This document shows, piece after piece, positions 23,779-37,595 of a DNA stretch of 64,000 nucleotides. How positions within the stretch are numbered: the stretch's first letter is position 1; every line of letters begins with the position of its first letter. The translations under genes were made by a program, and so were the position numbers. Source of the DNA: Azolla caroliniana. Taxonomy: Eukaryota > Plantae > Polypodiophyta. The stretch spans positions 5,208,001-5,272,000 of the forward strand of contig JBHGNT010000017.1 in the NCBI GenBank assembly GCA_043228905.1, written 5' to 3'. The notes under the pieces were generated by a model. It worked only from the letters and a program-made list of their open reading frames with translations, was not told the origin of the DNA and did not search any database.

Positions 23779-24040
23779 TGTTGGGAAATCAGTCCCTCTG
23801 GATGGGATCCGGTTATGGATGAAGAGGACCCGGTGAGAACCGGAAACCGGATCAAATGTACCCAGAGAGAACTGTAAGAGATATGGAAACCGGATTGGAT
23901 GGACCCGGTGAGAACCGAAAGAGAAGACATACTTGTAAATATGTTTTGAACAAGCCTATTGAGGCTATATTTGTAAATAGCCCTAAGTTCATATAAGTAT
24001 AAATATGACTTAGGGCAATCACTTTACGAGTGTTATAGCC
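23779..24040 (+). repeat. 3'-truncated Tork-like copia LTR (same subtype as the LTR at 59826)
   Basis: TGTTGGGAAATCAGTCCC...GACTTAGGGCAATCACTT, then abrupt junction to gypsy sequence. Confidence 0.82.
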
Positions 24041-24043
24041 ATA

Positions 24044-24657
24044 TTGAGCACCGAAATTGAGCGAACAACGGACCTACGAAAGGTCCTTGACGAACAGATC
24101 CTCGACAGCAAGGTGGAGTTGTTGTTACGGGAGGTACTCGGGATTTCCAAGAAGGAGTTCCACGACTGCATTGTAGACTTGGTAAAGAGTAACTGGCTCT
24201 CGACGGAACCGGAGCCGGATAAGCCTTCGGAGGTGCGGACGACACGCCTAGAAGACATGGCCCTAGAGGACGAGTTGGCGGACACGCACTATTCGAAGTT
24301 GCATTGGGTCAGAGCCACTACGGAGACCCCTGTTCGGATCAGGGACGTTCCGGAGACGGTAGTTGCATTGATAGACCATGGATCCGAAATCAACTTGATG
24401 TTTATGGATTTCTATAAGAAAGGGAAATGGCCGATCAACACCAAGCACGTGTGGAAGATACACGCGGTGACGCGCGCTACGGACGAACTGCATGGTGCGT
24501 GCCCGAATGTGTGCGTAAAGATCGGCGACATCGAGATAGATCAACACTTCTCTGTGCAGGAGACATCCTCGCACCCGGTGATACTCGGCGAACTGTACAT
24601 TACGGCGGCACGTATGGAAACGAAGGTGCTTGACAACGGTTCGGCATACGCGCGCGT
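24044..24657 (+). pseudogene. gag-end/protease fragment of the F/G gypsy family
   Basis: ALIDHGSEINL...HPVILGE; colinear with ORF 43534-44217. Confidence 0.85.
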
Positions 24658-25406
24658 TGTCGAGGTTATTCTCGCGGATGCGTAGAAGTCGGGGACCACG
24701 GGGGTCTTGAACCAAGGAATCAAGAAAGCGAGGAGGGGGGAGTTTAGAGACTGCGTAGGTCTTGGGACCACGGGAAAACAGGTAAGGATAGCACTCGGGA
24801 GAGAGTAAGAGAGTCGTGCGTGGATGCAGACACGGTCAAAGACACTGGGCAAAGGCACTGGGCACGACGTGTGTTAGGAGAAAAAGGGTTTCTATTAAAC
24901 AAAGCAAGTGCGTGGTGTTGCAGGTGAATACAACCGGATCAGAGCCGGCGATGGAGCGTAGAGCTTCGTAAAAGCCAGTTACAAAGAGACGTCGGTGCGC
25001 AGAAGGTCGATCCCTAGGTTGGGAGCACTTGGGCGTTTGACGCGAGCAGGGGAAGCGCCTTCTTCCGCGATTAGTTGTCGATCCTTCTCTGTATATCCTT
25101 TCCTCTAGATGGCATCCCGAAGACAGTCAAAGGTCGCCCCTTTTATAGCACAAGGAGCAACCGTTACAAGCATTCATGACCCGTCACTTTTCATCCTAGA
25201 TTTTCTCCCATGATTTACTCTCCTCGTAACTCTCCCTACTTATGCGATGTCTATATCTTCTTTAATGCTCTAACTACCTAGTACCCCTCGTTATACTCAT
25301 GCCTAGTACTTGTCCTATTTAATTCCCTCGAGGTGTGCACTCGTGTACACTGGTGTCCCTGTGCGTTTCACCTTGTTTCCGCTTATGGCCTAGAATCTTC
25401 ACGACA
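24658..25406 (-). repeat. 3' LTR of element G (749 bp)
   Basis: Minus strand TGTCGTGAAGATTC...CCTCGACA; family end motif. Confidence 0.87.
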
Positions 25407-28400
25407 TCCACCCCCACTAAACCACACATCCTCCGGTATGTGCCGGATTGCGAATTTAGTGAGGGATTCCGGGCCATCGGTTACTCGTCATCCTCTCCTG
25501 AACTGGCACTTTCAGCTCCCGGGTTCAGTTCTGCTTTGTTCCATCTCTTGAAGGCTTTTATCCGCTTCCTAGCCACCGGAGTCGTTATCCGCGTCCCGTC
25601 GAGCTCTGCGAGATGATACGTCGCGTTGTTGTTGGCGCTATTTACCATGTACAGTCCGAACCAATGCTTCGCAAACTTGCGAGTAGACCTATGCTAGTTG
25701 TCAAGGCTGATGTCGTAGACTAATAGCCAATCACCTTTCTCGATCATCCTTGGCCGAACCGGGCTTTGTTTCGGATCTACGCTTCTTTCAACTTTGTCAT
25801 GGCTTGTTCTATGTCTTCCAGTCGTCGCTCGAGTTGCCGGATTCATGCCGCTAGAAGCTCTTCTCTGCTCATTTCATTAGACCAATCGATTGTCGTCCAC
25901 GAGGCAATCGTTCTCTCAACTCGCATGATGGGTTTTTGTTCGTACATTAGTTCTGCCGGCATGTACCCTATCACCGAACTGTGGGTGGTCCTGTTCGCCC
26001 ACAACGCGTATAGAGGCAACCTCGACCAGTTGCCGACTCGACCTTCGCACAATGATCGGACCGTGGCCCCATTCAATCTTTCCATTCGCCTCGGGGTTGT
26101 ACGACGTTGTGAGGGACAGTTTTACGCCTAACCAATCGAATAGTTCCTCAGCCTCTTCCGCGTCTAGCTCTCCTCGGTCAGCCACGATTTTCCCCATGCA
26201 CCCATATCGGCATATGACATCCTCGATCAAAAACTTACATACTGCCGTGGTGGTCTTGTTCGTTAGTGCTCGTTCCTCTACCTGGTTGGTTAGGTCCTCT
26301 CTAGCTAGCACTAGGTATCGCTTCTGCCCTTCACCCATGGGCATCATAACTAAGTCAACCATCCACTTGAAGTGCACGGTCGGAGGATAAGTCGGGTGTA
26401 GTTCGTCGCGGTGCCGAACCACCGAGTGCATCTGGCAGCTTTCGCATGTAGACACGAAGTCGTGCACGCTCTTGTACATGCTTGGCCACTAGTATTTTTC
26501 CTTTAACTTCTCGAATGTAGCCCATGTACCCTGGTGTCCAGACCAAGGGCTCTCGTGGAACTCCGATATTAGCTTATGTTGGTCATCCATTCGCGCTATA
26601 ACCTGGAGCGGCGCGTCGTTTCACCTTTTTGGGACCCTCCAGATTTTCCTGTTCCGTAGGAAATATCTGTACGCCTTCTTCCGGAGCTGTCCGGCCTCCT
26701 CCCTAGTCATTGAGACGTCCTTCGTCATTGTCTTCAGAAACTTCCCGATTAGAAGCCATTCTCCGTCGTAGTCGTCTTCGTCGAATTCATTCACTGGCAG
26801 AGTGCTTCGTCTTTTTAAATTCATCCTCGCTAATTTGAAGAAGTCTGCGCCGACTTCTTCGTTCTCTGATACCATGCTGTCGTTGTCCTCGAATCTTGCT
26901 CTTTACCCGAGATGTGTCGTATCTCCGGGTTCAGGGACGATGTACGCAATCCACCTGAGCATGGCCAGGTCAGGGGTCGCGCATCCGGAGACCATACCAA
27001 GAATCGGCAGGCAGTCCGTTTCTATAATTACTTCCGCCCTGATTAAGTATTCTTTGTCGACCTTAACCGCCGAAACGATACCCCACAGCTCGCGCTTGAC
27101 TTGGGCGTATCCTCGCTGTCGTTCACTTAGTACCTTCGCACCGAACCGGATAGGGAAGTGCGTGCCGTCTTTGTCCTCTTGATTCACAACCCATCCGATC
27201 CTAGTCGGGCTAGTGTCCACTGTGATGTAGACCGGGCTAGTGTCCATTCGAATTTCCTGCTCTTCTTTAGCAAGTTGTAGAGCGGTTCGGCGACGTGCGC
27301 ATAGTGAGGGATCCATATGTGGTACAAGGCACATGCCCCTAAGAATCACCAGACTTCTGTGACGGATCCGCACTCCTCCCTCATTGCCGAGATGGCCTCT
27401 ACCTTGGTCGGTGATGGCTTCCGGCCGTACGACCCACATAGGTGGCCAACCACTAATATCTCTTGTTTCCCGAAGGCCGACTTCTCTCCCGAGAAGGTAA
27501 GTTGCGCGCCTTCGAGCCTTTGTAGTATCTTTTCGCAATCGGCAATGTGGTCCATGACAAACCTTCGGCACCCGTCCATGCTGATCGACTCATCCTTGGT
27601 GTCCTCCGGACACCCCTTGATAGGGATGTCGTCCAGGAAAGGCATGGTGATGTCCGGAATGCAATCCCTCAGAAATCTGTGCATAGCATTCACCATGTGT
27701 GCAACCAAGTTGGTTCCTCCTTGTGGTAAGGTGCACATCCGAACTAGACCGAGAGGGGTTCGCATCATGTTGGAATTAGTCGTATCCTGAGTAAAGGTCT
27801 CAGAACAAGTATATGGACCTTCCAGCGAAGGCTTCCGCGAACTCATCGATCGACGGTCCAACTCCCATATTGCGGATGGTCACTTTGTTGACCGGTTGTA
27901 AGTCCTGGATGACCCGCAACGTACCGTTCTTCTTCGGTACCGTAAACCACCGGTTAGAATAGGGGGCACTCGGCAGTTCGAGGATGCCCAACTCTACTTT
28001 CTGTTTAAGGAGCTCCATCAACATCGGCATGTGAGCCCTCGGTACTTGGATTGGCTTGAGGCTCCATGGTATGTGCGGTACCGTAAATATTACCATTGGC
28101 TCGACGATGGTCGGGTCGACGCACCCGATCTCTCCTGGTGAGAATGCGAAGGCCTTTCCGTGCCTTTCGAGCATCCTTCTGAACCGATCCTCTTCCACCG
28201 GTAGCAGGAAACCACCCCACTGATCTTCAGTTCTCGTAGCGTTTTCTCGGTGAAACGGTGCCCTATGCCGGCCGGATCCCGCAAGCTGGGGTCGGTAGCG
28301 ACCCCCTTTATTCGTTCCTAGCTACCCTCCGGCAAGGGAGCCGTGATGGGCTTCACCTTCCGGTCCACAATCTTGTATTTCGTGTCTACTCGGGCAATCC

Positions 28401-28685
28401 GATGCACCCGGGTTCCTCTTTCAAAGTCCACAATGACTTCATACATGTTGATCGAGTTGACCGGTATGACTCGGTCTTCGCTTATACCTCCTTCGATTAC
28501 CTTCCCAATTTCACCCAGGGTGTCATCGAACGAGACCGCCTCCACGGCTTCCCCAATTCCTTCGTCGTGGCTCAAGGATCCACACGCCTTTAAGCGTATG
28601 TCGGCCCATTTTCTTTCTCGGCCACTGATGCTGACTATGGTACATCCTCCATTGTCAGAGAACAAAACTTTCCTACCTATTTTAC

Positions 28686-28755
28686 AGGTGTGGGGAGCTT
28701 TCCGGTTATTCAGACTATCATGGCCCCACACCTTGATAGCCCTTTTTAAAAATCC
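28686..28755 (-). promoter_or_regulatory. Putative -1 frameshift signal between PR and RT in G (G GAU UUU plus pseudoknot)
   Basis: Stem1 GGCTATCA/TGATAGTC; loop AGGTGTGGGG pairs with downstream CCCCACACCT; homologous site in F at 11253-11320. Confidence 0.75.
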
Positions 28756-31700
28756 GCCTTGTTGTTGGCCGGTCAGAAGTGGAAGGACAAGTGGGAAGGC
28801 GGAATCGGATAGAATAATATAAAGTAAATATTAGTAGAATTATTATTCGGAGGGACGGATCCGGTACAGTTGTACCGATCCGGATCCGGACCGATTCGGA
28901 TGCCGGTTGCCTAAGCGCACCATTTTGTAATCTTGCCGGATGCCTATAAAAGGATCCGATGAATTGTAATGAGTTTTTACGGAAGTAATACAAGCTTAAC
29001 TATTTGTGATTATTTTAGTGTCTGTATTGTCTTACCGTCTGTGCTAATTGTAACTATCTTACGCGTGTACTCTAACATCCAATCCTCACCACCCCCTTTG
29101 GAGAAGTGTCGGAAAGACACTTGTGTTGGGGCTAGTCCGGCCAGCAATACAACACTATTTTGGTGACCACGATTCCTGCAAAGTGCAAAGAACAACTGGG
29201 GGATGGATGTCTAGACCGAACGGCGACCACATCACCAAACGAGGGAGACGATACGCCGAACGACAGCAACGACGGGAAGCCTTGCAGCAAGCCGCCGAAG
29301 AGATCCGGCAAGATCGGTCATTCTCTAGAACTCTTCGGAGAGTCGCAGAAGAAGCACTGCAATTCCGGGGTCTGCAATTCCCTGACGAAGGCAGTAGCAT
29401 AACGAGCCTACAGGAGACGGAAACGATACTACAGACGCTCGCTGGGGGCGACGGAGACGCGGAAGCATTTGCAACACTCGAGTCGGAATCAGAAAGCGAC
29501 GAAAGCGTTGTGTCCCGATATAAAAGCAGCCACGACACACCGAACGACCCGATGGAAAGAGAGTCGGACGACTCATCGACACCGGAGCCAACGGAAGAAA
29601 TAACCTTGGAGTTCGGTGACCGGCAATCTCCGAGAGAGGCTGACAGGACACCGACACCACCCGTGGAAAAACCAAAGGAGCAGACACCGACGCCAACCGC
29701 AGAGAAAGAGCAGAGAGAGCAGGAGAGTCAGTTGGACGACACGATGCCGTATCCATACCCAAAGTACCGGGATGAGCCCGACGCGGAGGCTCATGTCTAC
29801 GCATTCCTCCAAACATGGGAAGCCAACCATGTTTCTCAAAGATTGACGGAGGCCGAAGCCGAACGATCCAAAGTCTCCGAATTCGGCATGACATTAGAAG
29901 GACCGGCGGCCCGATGGCATGCAAAGCACTTACCGGGCAGCTTTGCCACATTCGACGCCTTGAAGGCCAAATTCCTGCGGCTTTTTCACAGACAAGTTGA
30001 ACAAAGGGAATTGGTCAGTCAATTCTATACTACCCGGCAGGAAGAGCATGAAACCGTGCCACAATTCATAATTCGGTTCCAGACCTTGCACACCCAACTG
30101 ACAAGAGCACCACCCGAGGACGAAGCCAAGGTAGTCTTTTTGGCCGCGTTAAAGGAGCCACTTCGAACAATGTGCGGAGTCCTTGACTTCTGTACCAGCA
30201 CAATGGACCAAGTCATCGATTGGGTATTGGAAATGGACAAAACTAGCTCCTTCATGTCAATGGGGATGCTACACCGGGCACTCCCGAAGGAGGAAGATCT
30301 GAGGTTCCGGCAAGCCTTACAATGCACGACGTGCCTAAATTCGGGCCACTCGACGGTGGACTGCAATCTGCGCACACAATGTATGATCTGCAACTCTCAA
30401 GCACATACAACGGACCGTTGCGAGTATAACTTGTTAAATCGGAAGGCGGCACCGGTCCGACACATAGAACCGCGCAACAATCAGGACCCGGAAGAGGATC
30501 GATTCCGGAGAGATGACCGCAACCAACGTGAACGTGGTGACAGATACACTGACCGACAACGCGATAACTATGACCGAGAGGAAAAACGCAGAGATAACTA
30601 TCCCAGGGACCGGTATGACCGAGATGACTCCCCGGAGTATGATCGACGCAAAGACGAGAGACGCCATGGGAACCGAAACTTCCGACGAAATCAAAAGCGA
30701 GGATTTTTCCAAAGAGAGGAACGCCGGGAAGCAGCAAGGAATGACAACCTAGCATCGGCACCGTATAACCGGAAAGCCGAAGACAACCGCCTGAGTATAC
30801 CCACCTACCAAACCGGGGACAAAGGGGAAGGAAGTAACAACCACAAGGTGTATTGTTACTACTGCCGTAAAGAGGGCCATTATAGTAACCAATGCCCAAG
30901 CAAGACAAATGAAAAACAATCGGCAGTCAACATGGTTACTGCCGAAGTAATTGAGGTGCAGCAAGTCACAACCCGGTCGAAAGGGAAGGCTGCCGAATGG
31001 GAAGCCCAAGAGGCAATCAGGAAGCAAGCGGCGCAATGGATCGAGAAGGCCAATGAACAAAATGCGGCGGAGATAAGAGACCAGAATACGCCAAGGGAGG
31101 AAGAAATCACACAGCCAGTAGAAAACCCGACGTGGCAAGCACTCTAGGACTGTCAGATCGTGCTGCCATTAGCACGACTACTTCAGTTGGTGCCTCGGTT
31201 CACAGCAGATCTACAGGCAGCGGTTACCAAACCAAAGCCGACGCCAGCACCGGCATTCTTCTCCAACCCGGAAGAAGGACCAACTATGGTCGATACAAGC
31301 AGCCCGGCAATCACGGCAATCGTGAAAGGGAAGGAAATCGCCGGAACGATTATTGACGGGGGATACGGAGTAAACGTCATCAGCTGGCAAACATGCGATA
31401 ACCTAGGCATCCGGGAATGGGAACCATGTCCTTTTTGGTTACACATGGAGGATACCAGCTCAGTCCGACCGGCCGGGCTTATCCGGGACCTGGAAGTCGC
31501 TATCGGAGGCCACGTATTCCGTATATCGGCCGTCATGCTTCATCTGAACGTACAAGGCGCGTATCCTCTGCTGCTGGGATGACCATGGCTACGAACGGCC
31601 CATATTAAGCAGAATTGGGAAAAGAACATCATCACATTCCGGCGGGGAAAAACAAAGGTACGCGTGGCGATGCAACCACGGGTAATCGCCAGTAAAGAGG

Positions 31701-32272
31701 AAACCCCATTATACGCGGAGAGCATTAACATGTTGGAGGGGTTACCGGATGACGAGGTCGATCGATACCTAGAGGAACACCCACGAATCGTACCGCTATT
31801 TGAGGTAGACATCACGGCGGTGGTAGAACCGTATATCACGACACCGGGACAGGACGAACCGGATCAAGCAGCAATCCGGGAACTGCGCCAAGCACAAGAA
31901 TCATTAGAAAAAGAAATGACAATATCCCAGAGGGTGAAGGCATCCCAACTGGAGGAGGTGGACCTCGGCACAACAGACAAGCCCCGAGCGGTAAATGTTG
32001 CAAAGGAATTGCCGAAAGAAGAGAAGAAGGCAATGGTGGCGTTATTAACGGACTTCAAGGACATATTCACATGGTCGTATGAAGACATGCGAGGGCTGGA
32101 CCCTCAGCTGTACCAACACCAAATTCATCTGAGTACGGACGCAAAACCGATAGCTCAACGACGGTACCGAATGAACCCGAATTATGCAGCAAAGGTCAAG
32201 GAAGAGATCGACAAGCTTCTCCGGGTCGGATTTATCTGACCAGTAAAGCAGGCAACCTGGCTAAGCCCGATA

Positions 32273-35200
32273 TGTTGGGATTACGGTCCCTTCGGATGGG
32301 ATGGTCGGATGTCGGAGATGAATGCCGACAAGCCCGATTGCGGTTTTGGAACCGGATGATGAAGACCCCGGCTTCGGAGCCGGATGACGAATGTACCCGG
32401 AGAGAGATCCGGATGCGGGGACATATCTGTGAATATGTTTGCCAAGGGCCCTTGAGGCTATAGTTGTAAATAGCCCCAAAGTCATATGTGTATAAATATG
32501 ACTTAGGGCAAACAGTTTTACTGTTGCTACTCATTTTTCTGTTTTTCCACTCAAGAGAGTGAAGAGAGAGCAGCCGTGAGAGAGATAGAGCGTGAGAGAG
32601 GAAGAGGTCGACGCCTCTGTGTATTTCCGCCGCCTGTGGCGAGGACAACGAGCTCAAGGTCGTCGCCTTGCAGCTCGCCATTGTATATTTCTCTGTGCAT
32701 AGTTTTGGTTTGGAGTCTTGTACTCCCGTGGTTTTTCCCGTACAGGGTTTTCCACGTTAAATCGTGTGTCCACTCTATTTTTCGCATTTCCCATTTTTCT
32801 GCAACAACGATTCGTGTGTTTCCTTGGTTGTGGCCGAGAGGTGAAGCTTGGAAAGTGTCGATCGTTATTTTCATCAATTTGGTATCAGAGCGAGTTGCTG
32901 CAGAAAATGGAAGGCGGCGGCAGCGGGCAGCCGGGGATGATGGTGCTGAATGCGCAGAATTACGCCGACTGGAAGATCAAGATGGAGGATCTTCTGATTG
33001 TTCGGGACTTGTACGAACCGATTGACAAGTCGGAAATACCGAAGGGAGTACTTGAGTCGGAATGGAGGCTTCTGAACCGGAAAGCCGTTGCAACCATTCG
33101 GCAATACGTAGACGTGAGCGTTCTACAACATGTGGCGAACGACACCAACGCATATGAGATGTGGCGGAAGCTGTCGGGCCTCTATGAGGGGAAGAATGCG
33201 TTGAACCGAACCTCCCTGACGAGGAAGATAGTTAACCTCAAGTACCGGGACGGCGAGAGTATGGTGGAACACGTAAGCACGTTCATGGGATTCGTGAACC
33301 AGCTTGCGGCGATCAAGTTCCCGTTGGAGGATGCAATGCAAGCCATCATTCTGATGTGTACATTGCCGGAAAGCTGGGAGAACTTGGTAGTGACTCTCAG
33401 CACCTCCTGCACCGAAGATAACTTGTCCCTACAAACGGTAAAGACAAGTATTTTGAACGAAGAAGCGCGTCGGAGAGATAAAGAACCGGCCTCCGACTCG
33501 AAGGCACTGCTTACCGAATCGGATCGGGGAAGACAACGGAACCGGAGTCCGCAAAGACGGGAGAAGTCGGGGACCTGGTCGCAGTCAAGAGGAAGACCCA
33601 CATGCTTCCACTGTGGGAAGCCGGGGCACTTCCGAAAGAATTGTCGGCATTACCGAAAAGACAACGGAGCCGACGACACCGATTCGAAGAAGTCTTCGGA
33701 ACGGAACGGTGCTTACCGGGGAGCCACGGACCGGAATGGTTCAGATCGGCGAGGGCAGGACCGGAAAGGAACGACGGCACTCGCGGCAAGTGAAGAGGAG
33801 ATCATGCTCATCACCGAAGAAGGTGAACTAAACATTGCCGGCGATGAGACTACCTGGGTGGTCGATTCCGGAGCGTCGTTCCACCTGACCCCGGAAAGAA
33901 GATACTTCTCATCCTACACAGCCGGTGAGCATGGCTGTGTTCGGATGGGAAATGAAGGTACGTGCCGGATTGCCGGCATAGGAGACGTGTGGTTGACAAC
34001 CCCGACCGGATGCAAAATGCTGCTGAAGGATGTCCGACACGTTCCGGAGGTTCGATTGAACCTGATTTCGGCCGGGAGGCTAGACGATGAAGGCTACACA
34101 GGTAGCATCCGGAACAACGTAATGAAGTTCAGCAAGGGGAGCCTGATAGTGGCTCGGGCCCGGAAAGTCAACACACTGTACCTTATGAATGCCTGGTTGT
34201 GTCCGGAAGAGTTGAACGTGGCAGCCGACACTGCCGGTGAGCTGTGGCACAAGAGACTGTGCCACATGAGTGAGAAGGGGATGAAGAGGCTTGCAGAAGA
34301 CAACCTTATTCCAGTGAAGCATGTGCACCTGGAGAAGTGCACCGATTGCCTGGCCGGTAAGCAGAACCGAACCTCCTTCCATTCAAGGCCACCGACGAGA
34401 CGTAGCGCACCATTGGAGTTGGTGCACACTGATGTGTGTCAGGTAGAAACGAAGTCACATGGCGGAGCCCAGTACTTCGTAACATTCATTGATGATCACA
34501 GCCGGAAGCTGTGGACGGCACCGTTGAAGACAAAGGACCAAGTGTTGTGCGTCTTCAAAGAACTCCACGCGAGAGTGGAAAGGGAATCCGGCAAGAAGCT
34601 GAAAGCGATACGAGCGGATAACGGAGGGGAATATCGGGGGCAGTTCGCGGAGTACTGTCGCTCGAAGGGAATCCGGCTCGAGTTTACTGTGCCGAAGACG
34701 CCGGAACTGAACGGGCTGGCCGAGAGGATGAACCGGACCATAATGGAGAGGGTCCGGAGTATGCTGGCGCATGCGAAATTACCCAAGGGGTTTTGGGCTG
34801 AGGCAATGTCGACGGCGACATACATGATAAACAGATCACCCTCAGTACCTTTGGACGGAGACACGCCGCAGAGAGTGTGGACCGGCAGGGAAGTATCCTA
34901 CCGGCACCTGAAGGTGTTCGGGTGTCTCGCATATGTGCATGTGGCTAAGGACCGGAGAGGAAAGCTAGATCCAAAGACCCGGCCATGCATATTCCTCGGT
35001 TACGGTGATGACGAGTTCGGCTACCGAGTATGGGACCCGGTCGACAAGAAGATATTCCGGAGTCGTGATATCATCTTCATGGAGAACAAGACACTCGCCG
35101 ACTGGGAGTCGGAGAAGAAGATGAAGAGCTCCAAGTCGACCGGTGAGGATCAACTCTACGAGGAGCAGTCCCGACCGGCAAGGGACCGGTTAGCACTCGA

Positions 35201-37595
35201 GGATCCGGCCGAAGAAGGTGAAGAAACAGAACCGGCCGAAGAAGATGAAAATGATACCGGAACCGGCCCCGATCCCGAAATGGATTCGGATGAAGAAGAA
35301 TCGGAAGAACCGGTTACCGAAGCTCCGGAACGGAGATATCCTCTAAGAGAGAGAAGGGCCCCCCGGAGATTTCCGGAACCAGAGCAAGTGCTGCTAACCG
35401 ACGAGGGGGAGCCGGAGAGCTTTGAAGAAGCAAAGCACGACACCCAGAGCCGCAGGTGGTTGAGTGCCATGCAGGACGAGATGGATTCCCTGCATGAGAA
35501 CCACACATATGAACTAGTGGAGTTGCCGAAAGGAAAGCGGGCACTTCGAAACAAGTGGGTGTTCAAGCTGAAACCGGGAGATGCCGGAAACCCCCCGAGA
35601 TACAAAGCCAGGATCGTGGTGAAGGGGTTTTAGCAGAAGAAGGGCGTCGACTTCGACGAGATATTTGCCCCGGTAGTGAAGATGACCTCCATCCGGACGG
35701 TGCTGAGCATAGCGGCAAGCATGGACCTCGAGGTAGAACAGATGGACGTGAAGACGGCATTCCTTCACGGTGACCTCGAAGAAGAGATCTACATGCAGCA
35801 ACCGGAAGGATTCGAGAAGAAAGGGAAGGAGCACCTGGTATGCCGGTTGAAGAAGAGCCTTTACGGACTGAAGCAGGCTCCCCGGCAATGGTACCGGAAG
35901 TTCGACTCCTTCATGACCGACGAAGGGTACCTCAAAACGCAGTCCGACCACTGCGTGTTTGTGAAGAAGTTCGGAGGAGGAGACTTTCTAATACTTCTCC
36001 TGTACGTGGACGACATGTTGATCGTCGGACGGGACCAGGTCAAGATACGGATGCTGAAGAAGACTCTTCACCGAACCTTCTCAATGAAGGACTTGGGTCC
36101 GGCGAGACAAATACTAGGGATGCACATCATCCGGGACCGGAAGAAGAAGCAGTTGTGGCTGTCACAGGAGAAGTACGTGACAAAGGTGCTTCACCGGTTC
36201 AACATGTCGGAAGCAAGACCGGTCGGGTCAACACTCCCGGCAAACTGCAAGCTGTCCAGCAAGCAAAGCCCCAAGACAAAGGCTGAGAAGGAGGACATGA
36301 TGAAAGTACCATATGCCTCTGCCGTCGGGAGCTTGATGTACGCAATGGTGTGTACCCGACCGGACATAGGATATGCAGTCGGAGTGGTGAGCCGGTACAT
36401 GAGCAATCCCGGCAAAGAGCATTGGAACGCGGCCAAGTGGATACTCCGATACCTGAAGGGCACGGCAAACGTGTGCCTCCGATTCGCCTCCGGTAAGCCC
36501 GAACTCGACGGCTTCACCGATTCGGATATGTCGGCTGATGCAGATACCAGCCGGTCCACAACAGGGTATGTGATGACGTATGCAGGGGGAGCTGTTTCAT
36601 GGCAGTCGAGGCTGCAGAAGACGGTTGCGTTGTCAACCACGGAGGCGGAGTACATGGCGGCTGTTGAAGCCGGCAAGGAAATAATATGGATGAAGGACTT
36701 CATTAGAGAGCTCGGTATCCGGCAGGAGGAGTACCGACTCTACTGCGACAGTCAGAGTGCAATCCACCTTGCGAAGAACACGGCCTATCACTCTCGGACG
36801 AAGCACATCCAGCGAAGATATCACTGGATCCGGGAAAGGATAGAAGACAAGGAGTTCGTGCTGACGAAGATCCACACGGACGAGAACGGGTCGGATATGC
36901 TGACCAAGGTGCTCACACCCGACAAGCTGGAAGCATGCCGGAAGAGGATCGGATTGGAGAGACATCCCATGCCGAAGTGAAGGGGGAGTTTGTTGGGATT
37001 ACGGTCCCTTCGGATGGGATGGTCGGATGTCGGAGATGAATGCCGACAAGCCCGGTTGCGGTTTTGGAACCGGATGATGAAGACCCCGGCTTCGGAGCCG
37101 GATGACGAATGTACCCGGAGAGAGATCCGGATGCGGGGACATATCTGTGAATATGTTTGCCACGGGCCCTTGAGGCTATAGTTGTAAATAGCCCCAAAGT
37201 CATATGTGTATAAATATGACTTAGGGCAAACAGTTTTACTGTTGCTACTCATTTTTCTGTTTTTCCACTCAAGAGGAGTGAAGAGAGAGCAGCCGTGAGA
37301 GAGATAGAGCGTGAGAGAGGAAGAGGTCGACGCCTCTGTGTATTTCCGCCGCCTGTGGCGAGGACAGCGAGCTCAAGGTCGTCGCCTTGCAGCTCGCCAT
37401 TGTATATTTCTCTGTGCATAGTTTTGGTTTGGAGTCTTGTACTCCCGTGGTTTTTCCCGTACAGGGTTTTCCACGTTAAATCGTGTGTCCACTCTATTTT
37501 TCGCATTTCCCATTTTTCTGCAACAATGATTCGTGTGTTTCCTTGGTTGTGGCCGAGAGGTGAAGTTTGGAAAGTGTCGATCGTTATTTTCATCA
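32273..37595 (+). mobile_element. Element D: full-length Tork/Tnt1-like copia; TSD CGATA
   Basis: LTRs 32273-32876 and 36991-37595 (5 substitutions plus 1 indel by eye); PBS TGGTATCAGAGC 32880-32891 (tRNA-iMet); PPT AAGGGGGAG. Confidence 0.97.
32907..36980 (+). pseudogene. Copia gag-pol of D with a single premature TAG (35631-35633)
   Basis: Same length (4074 bp) and frame as the intact C ORF, which has CAG at that codon. Confidence 0.93.

Noticed and set aside
31145-31147. TAG between gag and protease of E as a readthrough codon
   Set aside because: No recognisable readthrough context, and the other stops in E (31580, 32237) are CGA-to-TGA. Decay is simpler, though other copies would be needed to exclude readthrough.
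35631-35636. Same TAG in D and H (49223) at KGF*QKK, suggesting programmed readthrough
   Set aside because: C has CAG here, the copy near 11035 has CAGCAG, and the copy near 8120 has the stop one codon later. Recurrent C-to-T change at a CHG site explains it.
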